The notes under the pieces were generated by a model. The model saw nothing but the letters and a program-made list of their open reading frames with translations. It ran no database searches and was not told where the DNA came from. Source: Paramecium tetraurelia (Eukaryota). Taken from it: a stretch of 64,000 nt of DNA. The stretch lies in NCBI GenBank assembly GCA_000165425.1, contig CT868053.1, positions 62,001-126,000 on the forward strand. Reading direction: 5' to 3'. How positions within the stretch are numbered: position 1 is the stretch's first letter; every line of letters begins with the position of its first letter. The position numbers and the translations under genes were made by a program. Shown here in pieces: positions 53,326 to 64,000 of the stretch.

Positions 53326-53791
53326 TCAACACTTAATCCTCATCACCCATTTTCTTCTTATTCTCCACGTACTCACTCAATTGCAATCTCAATTATGACC
53401 TGCTCATATACTCGCATTAAATATCGAGCAATTCATTCTTTATATTCGCTAACTCTTAAACTTTTCGATTGTTCTTCAACTCCAACATTTTGAAATCCTC
53501 CTTCACGTCTTCAATCTTAGATTAGCTGAACTCTGAAATTTACTAGTGATCCTATTTCTGTTACTCTCTTCTAATGAAGATTGTTTCAGCCAAACTATTT
53601 ATCCGATCCAACTCTTTATTTATTGGTTATTTGGTTTATAAGAGTGAGTGATCCCAATTCAAAGTGTCTATCTTGTTTTACTAATAATAATCTAAAGGGT
53701 TGCGTGATTCTATTATTCTATCCTATGTTTTTGGTTTATAGGTTGACAACCCTTGATATTTACTAAACTAGTTCAATTCACTATTAATCAT
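53326..53791 (-). CDS. small hypothetical coiled-coil protein
   Basis: MINSELNQFSKY.., one intron, E/K/L-rich second exon. Confidence 0.5.
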
Positions 53792-53869
53792 GCTAATAAA
53801 ACGATCTTATTTAGTTTAAATTAATCAAGATCGATGTTATATATTGATAAAATTGAAAGAAATATAAGA

Positions 53870-55357
53870 TCATTCTAAATCAAGGTGTTTTCGAGTTCTT
53901 ACATTTAATTCATTGAGTTGAAATGGTATTAAAATATATTGATTTAGATATAACTAAATTTTAAATTACTCTACTATCTAACTTGAACTAATCAAATTAA
54001 TATAATCAGATATTTGTCTTAATGCTCTCTTTACTTTCTCTTTGTCAAAATTACCTGAAATGTGAAGCCATCTCTAGTTTTCTTCTTCATTTGTCAAACA
54101 AATTGAAATTTATAATCCTTAGGAATTTTCAGCTATTATTAGCAATATCAACAAAAAGATATTTGAAATCGTATTGAAATTACTGTTACCGCTTACAAAT
54201 GCCTTAATGGATAGATGAGAATACAAATTGTGTAGAATTTATGCTAAATTATATATGTTAATTTCGCTTTCTCGCAATTTGGAGAGTCTTAGATCCTCAT
54301 ACAACTACAAGATTAAGAGTTTTCTTTCGATCAGACGGCATTTAAATGAAGATAACCTATCAATGTGACCCAAGACTTTAAGAAGGAGTTTAATAAAGTT
54401 TCTGTGTCTTTGTTCATAGATTGATGTGTCTGGCTTTTTTTCATTCAGGAAATCCCTCATTAGAAGCAGTATAGTTGGTTTATTTCCATAATAAATCGAA
54501 CATTCGATTCTTATCATTTTTCTGAAGTATTCCACCACTAAAGTCTTATTAAAAACAGATGCCCTATCCACTCTATATTTCTAGATTTGCATAAACAAGA
54601 ACTTCTCTAATTGGTTGCCCTTGTACATTGCATCTCTGATAAAGTTGGACCCATCAAATAATCGGTTAAAAAATTTATGGCATTGAGCCTCTTGTTTCAG
54701 AGCAAATTGCATGTTATCCTCTATAAAGGATAAGACTAGGTATGGTTGCTTAAATGCAATGGAAGTTAATATTTTCTCCCAGTGCGAATCATTCAAAGCC
54801 AATAGGAATTGACTGCGCATTGCCTTATGAAAATGGTACAAGTAACGAATTGTGTATATGATTACAAGCACAGAACTTATGATTGTGGAGTAAAGTAAAG
54901 AGTTAGTTGAAACTTACACCAAAATTATTTTGATAATTCCAATAGTTATGACTGAGATGGCTGCATCCAGGAACTCACCTGAAATTAGCATCAAAAAGTT
55001 TGCTCCCATGACGTTGCTTCCCTTGAGGAAACTATTGTAAGAATCATCCACTTCTGATACTTAGAGACTGAAAAATACTGAGATCAGGTGATTCAATAGG
55101 ATGATGGCAAATCGGATATATTTTGTGTGCTTCTTCATTATACAATATTAAATAATCAAGTAGCATATAAACAAACAGTATTTTTAAATGGTTTGATATT
55201 CCTTGAGTAAAATGCTCTCGATAATTTTAGTTATTGCCACAGCCAGAAGTCCCAAAGTCATAATAGTAAGAGTGAAAACTCTAAAGTTTTGTTAGGTTAT
55301 GTTTTAATAACTAGATTCGATCTCTTTGTCTTTGAAATTTAATGTATATTTATTCAT
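53870..55357 (-). CDS. multi-pass membrane protein (N-terminal TM bundle resembling ciliate sensor-kinase families; no intact catalytic motifs seen)
   Basis: MNKYTLNFKDKEIESSYQ start, about 5-6 hydrophobic helices and a long soluble C-terminus. Confidence 0.6.
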
Positions 55358-55445
55358 GATTGGATAAAATATAAATAAGTGTGTAATATAATGATTTCAT
55401 ATATTAAGTAATTGTAATTGAAATATTAAGAACATATAAAATTAC

Positions 55446-57216
55446 TCATCTTAGTAATTCCATCATCCGAATGAACTAATCTAAAGTTAACTAATATGAT
55501 AAGCGATACAAATTACTTTTTTCTCTGGCGCCAATTCATCAAATTGAGCTTCCAATTCTTCATTGATCACATTGAGATACTTGGTAACATTATTAGCATG
55601 AATTTCTGATTTGTTATTACTAAGAAGATTAAACACAGTCTCAAGATTAGTTTATGTAAGCAACTAATCCCTAGGAGCAGCTAGCGATAAAAAAGTGAAC
55701 TAAGCCATCTACTCTTCTTTTAGTGAATGAGACACAAATATTTTATCAATTTAACTCTCTAGATCCTTCAATTTGGTATATTTTTGAAACATCTTTATTA
55801 GTTCTTCCTTACTTATTATGGTGTCCATATCCCCATCGAATTCACTGAATATTTTTTATAATTGCAGAGCAGTTTCCTGCTCGAACTCTTAGATCATTAT
55901 TTCAAGAATAGCCTACTGTAGGAGGCAACTATCCTTTTAATTTAACATGTTCGTTAACAGTCTCTCCTACAAAGGAATTTCTTGATATTTCAGATCAACT
56001 ATCCATTTGTTTGCTTTTAGTTCTTCTAAAGTTTTCCTTTTTTTTGGGTACTTTTCTGCCACCACTGACTGCAATATACTTATAAAGTCTTTTGAGAACT
56101 TTTTAATATCCGCTTCCACATCAAAAGTAGTATGCAACATTAATTACTTTACAGAAGGAGCATCATGTAATTATTAAGGGGGAATTTGATAAGGAAGACT
56201 CCCCTTCCCCAAGGTATATAGGATAAGCATGACTGCCCACAAGTCTCGTTCTGGTTTGAATTCCTCTTTGTATAATTATTCTGGTGGCATGTAACATATT
56301 ACATCAATATCTTCCACCTTTTTGGTGGAGATTGATTTGATGTCAACCAGCTTAATAAATACTTAACCAGATATGAAATGGTATTCCCAACTATTCATGG
56401 TTAGGTTGCCATGATTTATTGATAAATTTTTAAAATAGCTTAGTACTTGAAACATTTGGTCAGCAATATTTGCTAAAACTATTTCTGTGAGATCTTCCGA
56501 GTTCTGTAATCGAGATAACTTCCAGCCATCATAATCTTCCAAGACCAATTAATATGCATTATTGTCTTAATGGACTTCCAAGTTCTTTAGGATGTGTTTA
56601 TGATCCTATATATATATTAATAGTAATAATTGTTACTAATTGATTAGATTTTAACCAATAAATATATTTGATACTATCCTGTTCTTCTTTGGACAACACC
56701 TCCAAACGAGCTTTCTTTCCATTCTTGTTCCCTTGTATGAATGACAATTCTGGCTAAAATAAATCTAACTTTAAGCCTTACATTTCTCTAACACTCTTTG
56801 TTGTGCAGGAATGAATATTTTTTTGAAGCATTCGTACTAAAAAATTGGACGCCTGGTTATAGGGAACCTCTCTACGAAGATGAAGGTGATCCGGGAATGT
56901 TCAGGGATCTCAGTGATCCAGATCTAATATTCCTGGAGCTGTTTTATTTTAATGGTTTTTCGGCTTATTTAGACAAGCCATGTGAGAGCACTGATTTTCG
57001 CTTATCCTCAACAACATTCACAGGAGAATGAATGCTTTATTAGCTATTCTGAATAGCAGGAGTATTCTGAGCAGAAGCTTCTCTATTCGATTAATTTTAA
57101 ACTTATATTTCAGGTTTAGGTTCATCAATAGATTTGTTAGGAAGGATGATTTTTAACTATTGTTTTTATCGTGGATTTTTTTAATTCGAGTTAGACTAAG
57201 AAGAACAGATTCCCAT
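55446..57216 (-). CDS. N-acylated CDPK-like pseudokinase with degenerate EF-hands
   Basis: MGICSS start and S/P-rich linker. INHGNLT (HRD->HGN), KLVDIKS (DFG lost), YMPPE, DLWAV, and EF-like FSEFDGDMDTIISKEEL. Confidence 0.7.
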
Positions 57217-57324
57217 ATGTTTATTATTACTTTATATTAGAGTAAAATGATATCAATTTAAAAGAAGCATTTATAAATATTATACTTCCCGTATTTAATA
57301 TTAATTATATCTTGGAAAAGAGGA

Positions 57325-58340
57325 ATGGCAGTCTCGAATAATTATTGCCATAAGGTCTAAAGTAACACTTCCAATAAGCCAGCTCAATTGCAAAATTACA
57401 AGGATAATATTGCCAATCCAATTGGAATGATCCCAAAAGAACATGAAATCAAATACAACGATTATTAAGCTCAATAGTTAGGTAGATGGGATTAACAAAG
57501 GTAGAGATCAGTATCCTCAAAGCAAGAAGACAAAATCAAATCCCTTTATCTGCAGCCTGAACCAATTTCTATTAACCAAAACAACTTATATTACTCCAAT
57601 TTTGAGCCATATCCATTGAAGCAGCCAAATTAGGGATATAAATCGAATTAGAATAATAACATAATAAATAATAATCAATACAATGCAAATAAAGTGTTTT
57701 CCTAGAATTCTCAGAAGAGACCTTAAGAACTTTATGACCAACTAGACATCGCCTTAAATTAACAAACATACCATTCTTAAAGTAAAAAAAAGTAATTTGA
57801 ACCTGACATTGAGAAGAGGTAGAAATTCGATTCAAGTTATTTGATCTTTTTATGAATGAAATCAAGAATCCAAATCACATGGTACAATTATAAAATTCAA
57901 AACCTCCTTCAAAATAGCAAGAAGAGAAAGAAGAAGATTCTATGAATTGCACACAAGCATCGTTTATGAAAACTTAAAATTCCAAATGCATTCAATGCTT
58001 ATAGGATATTTATGAAAAGAAAATCAACTTAGTTTGCTGGCATAATTATCATACAGAATGCCTTTCTTAAATAGTAGGTTTACAAATTCAATTGTCTGAC
58101 GTAAGGAATCTGCCAAAATGTTTATGCGGAATCAAAATCAAACAAAAAACCATCTATCAGTTACAGAATGGGAGAAAATTGATAGAGGTCTTGATGAAAA
58201 AACAATTGGATACAATTTTCAAGTAACATCACAATTATTTCAAAAAATGCCCGAAATGCGAATTCCGATTCCTCTTAGACAAAAGATTAGGAAAAACATG
58301 TTATTGTGACAACTGTGGAAGTGAGTTCAAAATTTAGTGA
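57325..58340 (+). CDS. RING-H2 + zinc-ribbon (IBR-like) protein
   Basis: CIQC..VCWHNYHTEC..KCLC, followed by CPKC..CYCDNC. Confidence 0.65.
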
Positions 58341-58402
58341 TTAATAATATTCTTGATTATATAAACTATACGAAGTTTAATTTGATAATTAATTATTATT
58401 TA

Positions 58403-59995
58403 ATGGTTAAGCGCAGCAAGGAGTAGTTCTTTAAGAAGAAGATGAATACAAAATTTAAAGCTTCCTAAAAGGGCTCAAAGAGTGGAGCCTCTACCAATCC
58501 AGATAGAAAATTGCCTGAAAAATAATTGAATGCTAAGCACTAGTTCTTCAGATCCAAATAAACTATTTAGAGATTAAATCTGTACAACGAGAAACCCAAT
58601 AAGTATTTAATCATTTGAATGCTTAGAGAGGAAATGTGGAAACAGGCAACTCAACCTGCAAGAATTGATCCCAATAGGAAATGGTTTGGAAATATCAGGA
58701 CCATTGATCAATAATAGCTTGATAAATTAAGATAAGAAATGGCTAATAGAACTCATGACCCTAGAAGTGTTCTGATCAAAGCCAAACAATTGCCATTGTC
58801 ATTATTAGTGGAGGCTTAGAAAAAGAACAAGAACGTGCCCCTTTTGGAATTGGAGAGTTATGAAGTACATATATCCTTTTACAATTTCTAGGATACTTAT
58901 GGACCCAAATCCAAAAGAAAGAGAATTAAGTTAAATGTGGAAACAATGGAAGGGTTAGCAGATCATGCTGAGTAAAAAGAGTAGACATATGCAGTTGAGA
59001 AGGATTAGAAATTGAATCCTGTAGAGGTAGTGCAGCAGGAAAGTAGAGATAAACGACTGATGGCTGGTTAGTCAAAGAGAATTTGGGAAGAACTGTATAA
59101 GGTGATTGATTCATCCGATGTGTTGGTTTGTATCCTGGATGCAAGAGATCCTATGGGCACAAGATCATATCATTTAGAGAACCACATCAAGAAGAATTGT
59201 CCACATAAGCATTTGGTGTTGCTAATCAACAAATGTGACTTGATACCTACATGGTTGACATCTAGATGGGTTCAATATCTATCAAAGGACTATCCAACTG
59301 TTGCCTATCACGCTAATGTGAATAAGGCTTTTGGTAAGGGTCCATTCATAAATCTGTTGAGATAGTTTGACAAATTCCATAGAGATAAATAAACTATCTC
59401 AATTGGATTTGTGGGATATCCAAATGTCGGAAAGAGTTCTGTGATTAACTCATTGAAAAAAAGAAAGGTTTGCAAGGCTGCTCCAGTTCCAGGAGAAACA
59501 AGAGTATGGCAGTATGTTGCATTGACAAAAAGAATTTACTTAATTGATTGTCCAGGAGTTGTGTATCAACATGAGGGAAAGGATGACGTTGAAGTTGTAT
59601 TGAAAGGTTGTGTGAGAGCTGAGAAGTTGGAAGATCCTGAATTTTACATTCCAGCATTGTTATAAAAGGCAAGGGCTTCAGACTTAAAGAGGATTTACGA
59701 TGTTGATGATTGGGTAGATGAACACGATTTTTTGAAGAAGGTGGCCGTAAAGAAAGGAAAGTTAGCAAAGGTAAATAATCTACTTATATATCTATAGGGT
59801 GGCGAGGCTGATACGAAGTCTACAGCTAAATTGATTTTGATGGATTGGCAAAGAGGTGAAATCCCTTTCTTGACCTACCCTCCTGATTATGTGTAAAAGG
59901 AAGCTGTTGAAGAAAATGTAGATATGGAAGTTTTGGAATAATAATAAATAGAGTTGAATGACTAGAAGTTATAAGAAATACTGAAGCAAAATTGA
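58403..59995 (+). CDS. NOG2: nucleolar GTPase NOG2/GNL2
   Basis: [12 protein letters not shown] (NGP1NT), [49 protein letters not shown], and [15 protein letters not shown]. Confidence 0.95.
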
Positions 59996-60076
59996 ATTGT
60001 GTAGTTGTTTATTAGTTCTAAATATTTGTTTTAAATTGTTTAGTTTATAATATTATTTTAATACTTTGTAATAAGA

Positions 60077-61081
60077 ATGATTTCATCAGAACGAGAATAT
60101 CTGAATGTGAAAGGATAATAATACCAAGCAATTCATTCTAAACGTTTCAATTCCCCAGGCGAGGGTACACTCAGCATTAGCTAAATGCCTTCTCTTCCAT
60201 AACTCAATTTGTAAGCTAAACAAAGTCTATCTAAACCTCTCTCAAAAGATTTCTCCTCTATGAGTTCAATCCATCTAAAACCCTTGATTTGCAAGAATAA
60301 ATCCTGCATTTACTTGGTTCGAAATTTGGAAGATAAGATTCTGAAATGCATTTTAAGGATAAAAGAAATAGCTAAAGAAAATAATTTGTTAAGGAAGAAA
60401 CTGCAAATGGATTAAGTTATCGTCGATTAACTCATACCCTCAACACATAGGTCTTAAAAGTCAATGGATTTCAATCAACTTCCAGATGACTAATCTTAAG
60501 TTATCAGATCCAACATTCCGAGTGTACATGAAACTTACCAATTTGCTAAGTTTCACAATGAAATTGTTACTACTAAACTCAATAAATAGATCAAGGATAT
60601 TTTCAACAATTTAAATTACGCTATGCAATAGCCAATTTTAGATTTGAACTGGATAAAGAACAATTAACTAAGCAATTCTTAAATACAAATTCATAAATGT
60701 TTTAAATGTTCGAATAATAGCAACAAACACATGATAGAATTAGAGTGCAATCATTTCTATCACAAAACTTGCTTCTGTGAACATATTATATCTTCCTAAA
60801 ACTAGGTCAACATTTGGTGTCTATGCAAACAGAAAATCAATGAACTCGATATGCTTCAATTAGCCAAGACACAGAGTATCATCATATAGGAAATGAAGCA
60901 CATTCAACAATTGTGCTTGTTGATAAAATCTCCAGATAAATTCTCATTTTTTAAATGCGAACTAAATAGTTGTGCCTTCATCATAGGGTCAAAATAGGAA
61001 AATCCATCAGGCATCCAATCTTATTGCTAATCTTGTTTGGAATATAGACAATTCTATAAATAAGAACAAAATCTTAAATGA
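60077..61081 (+). CDS. RING-H2 + zinc-ribbon (IBR-like) protein
   Basis: CFQC..ECNHFYHKTC..WCLC, followed by CELNSC..YCQSC. Confidence 0.65.
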
Positions 61082-61130
61082 TTCAGTATTTCTATAAATA
61101 TAATAATAACATTTAATCAAAATTCTAAAT

Positions 61131-62314
61131 TCACAAACAACAAGAGAAAAGAGAGGAACTCATATTTCGTTTCAACATATTGATTATTTCTTGATTTTAA
61201 GTTGCCTTCGTTGCTGATCTCAATTCTGCATTACTATATTTATCAGCAGCCAACAACAATCTCACACATTCCAAATGATGCCATCTCGATGAAACCTCTA
61301 ATGGACTTTCAGTGAGATCCTCAAAGATGCGACTTCTGATATGAGTATTGCATTCAAGAGACAACAGAAACTTTATTACTTGAGCATTCCCATTCTTAGA
61401 TGCTATGTAAAGAGCATTTTATCCATATTGATTGAGGGAGTTTATGATGTGATTTGGATCCTGGGGATTTGTCAGATTACTGGGAATAATATGGATCAAT
61501 ACCGTTTGGGATCTCTTTGGAGTATCTTAATCATGTTTTAAATGTCTTCATTTGAACCTTACATTGAATATTATGTGAAGAGGCATACCAATTTGAATTA
61601 ATTGAAAAGGTCCATCAATCGCATTTCCTGAGAATCCGTAGCTGGATGGACCTTTTTATAAGCATTTTTCGTATTAATATGACGCTGAGTAGATCCAAAA
61701 TTATCATAAAATTATTCCTAATTATATATAGTTCTATCTTACTGTGGATGTGATAGGTTCAACTACATTTTATTATAATCTCCAAAGTCCCAAAAACATG
61801 TTTCCAACAGCTTTGAGCTTATTTTTTTAGGGCGGAGTTGCCAATACAATTATATCTGTATTATGAGATTCGTAATTCCTGTCATATTTACAATATTGTT
61901 GATCATCCTCTTTTTGTGCTATTTCTGAATTAGATTTAAGATCTCTATTGAATTCCATGAGTTCAGAACCATTCACTAGAAAATTTAATGAATTTATACA
62001 ATTCTGATTAAATTGTAAGATATTTTCAACATTAATTTAGAACTCAGATTCTACTTGCTATTGAGTCAAATTAGAGTTCTTACTTAATTCTAAATCAAGG
62101 GGTTTGTTAAGTTGCATTCCTTCTTAGCAACTTCTACTTGAGTGTGACTATTCCATCTTTCATAGTACCCTTTTGGATTACTTAAGCTATAGGTTCTCAT
62201 AATATTAGTATCAAAACTGACATTGTTCTATTGAGTTTAACACTATTCTGATTAAGGAATCTTATGTATTCCATTTTTCGAGTGGAAACTATAATGCTCA
62301 AATTTAGGATTCAT
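61131..62314 (-). CDS. ankyrin-repeat protein with C-terminal SCCL
   Basis: TPPQKNKL.., MPLHIIF.., and SPLEVSSRWHHLECVRLLL ankyrin consensus. Ends ..LFSCCL*. Confidence 0.65.
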
Positions 62315-62385
62315 AAAATAATAATATAATTATTCTTTTCATTTTTTTATTCAATTTGGTGTAATACGTAAATATAATCGAATTT

Positions 62386-64000
62386 TCATTATTTCTAATA
62401 CTCTTCCCAATACTTGTTATAAGACTGGTGGTTCTTAATCAATTCATCGTGAGTTCCCTATTCTAGAATTCAATTAAGTTACATATTCGTATTGACAATT
62501 CTTCCCCAGATACAGAATCTTGTCTGCTACTTTAGTCAAATGCAATCTATGAGTAATGATCAAAACTGTCAGATCTTGAATCTTTAACACTTATTCCAAG
62601 GTTTCAATGAAGAATTACTCATTGTTTTGATCCAAAGCTGATGTAGGTTCATCCAATAATAATATTTTGGCTCCTCTCAATAAACATCTTACGATTTATA
62701 ACCTCTATTTCTCACCCCCAGAAAATTTATCTTAATACTCTAAGACATCTTACTTGCTTAATCTCCCATCTAAGTGTCATATTGATTTGGCAATGATTCA
62801 ATCAACTTAGACAATTTCAATTATGCACACAGTCTTTTCATCTCCTCTTCTTTCTACTTGATCATCTCAGGTGTAAGATCATAAATCAAATCTAGACCGT
62901 ATAAAAGGTTGTTTTTGATGGAATCATTAAAAAAGTACGATTGTTATGCAACAATTCCAAAATACTTTCGAAATGATTCCAACTTTAAAGTCTTGATATT
63001 CTAATCATCAATAGAAATATTTCCTTAAGAAGGATCCAACAACCTGAACTAAATGTTTAGTATGAAATAGTTACTATTAAATTAAACAATGTAGATTTTC
63101 CAATTCCACTTTCACCCACAATCACAATCCATTCCCCTCCTTTGATTTGCAAATTAAAATTCTTAAACAATTATTTATTTTCTGTATGCTCAAAAGAGAT
63201 ATCTTGGATATTAATTGAGCCTGTTTTGTACATGAAATCCTTTGCATCTGGTAAATCTTAGATTTTGGGAACTCTTGTCATTATCTAAAGCAGATCTTTC
63301 ATGTCAATTGCTGATTCAACCCATTCTCTATGCATAGTTCCCAATAGAAATAAGGGTTGAATCAATTGAAGCATTAAAGATTAAATAAGTATCAAATCTC
63401 CTGGAGTGATTATGCCAGCTTAGACTCCACTAACTCCTAAGACTAAATTCACTGTCAATCCTATAGAGAGTATTAATCTTTAGATGGCATTCAGTGTGGC
63501 TAATGTTCTGAAAGTGTCGATTGACGATTGTTGCAATTTCTATGTTATTTATTTATAAATCTTTTACTTCTAGCAAGTTGTTGTATCTTTTTAACTCGTA
63601 TTTTTCTGCACTAAAATATTTTACTGTGAATAGATTATCCAAAGCCTGAGATATTGTAAAGTCAGCCAATTTTTCTTGCTTCTTTCTTTGTGATATAATC
63701 TTTCTTCTATACTAAATAGATAGATCTTTACAAATTTTACATTTGAATAGCGGATTGTGAATGCCGAGTAAGCAACAAATGTGGCCAGAAACGATGTAAA
63801 AAATGGCCATCCAAAATTAAAACAGAGTATGGTAGTTGTTAATGAAATGTCTGCTAAAAGAGGCATGAAATATTAGTTCAATGATCTCAAGTTTGACTCA
63901 ATTCCTTTCTGTGCTTTATAGAGGGAGTAGATGTTAGATCTCGAGGAAGTGCTCAAATGAAATTCAGCATCCAAATATAATAGATGCTCATATGTTTGCA
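62386..64000 (-). CDS. mitochondrial ABC half-transporter ATM1/ABCB7-like (5' truncated by window)
   Basis: [40 protein letters not shown], Walker [10 protein letters not shown], signature [18 protein letters not shown] and ITHRL. Confidence 0.85.

Noticed and set aside
1..64000. CRISPR arrays, transposases, rRNA genes, telomeric C4A2/C3A3 repeats
   Set aside because: None seen by eye. Only short (TA)n runs near 7143 and 42881.

Overview
This is AT-rich eukaryotic DNA from a ciliate, almost certainly Paramecium macronuclear sequence. TAA/TAG read as Gln (e.g. thioesterase G-F-S-[TAA]-G, helicase P-T-P-V-[TAA]) and TGA is the only stop. Genes are split by tiny 20-33 nt GT..AG introns, so the supplied standard-code ORF track gives only fragments and antisense artefacts. 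All gene models below were translated by hand with the ciliate code (table 6). The left ~15 kb is gene-sparse: multigene-family members, pseudogenes, an N gap, two identical tRNA-Ala genes, and a very divergent PEP-carboxylase-like gene with a predicted mitochondrial presequence. The rest is extremely compact. It carries DDX24/MAK5, an importin-alpha-like gene, PARP, a GCN2-like kinase, SEC61G, a PABP-like gene, IFT70, an NPC1-like gene, kinases and pseudokinases, NOG2, an ankyrin protein, an ATM1/ABCB7-like gene and many hypothetical genes. Most notable: (1) the divergent PEPC-like enzyme with mixed bacterial/archaeal-type motifs; (2) a hidden cluster of three small paralogous 4-Cys proteins with a fixed C-x28-C spacing and an intron at the same position; (3) a one-repeat-per-exon beta-repeat gene with atypically long introns; (4) tRNA-Ala genes with a remodelled elbow; (5) a start codon split by an intron.
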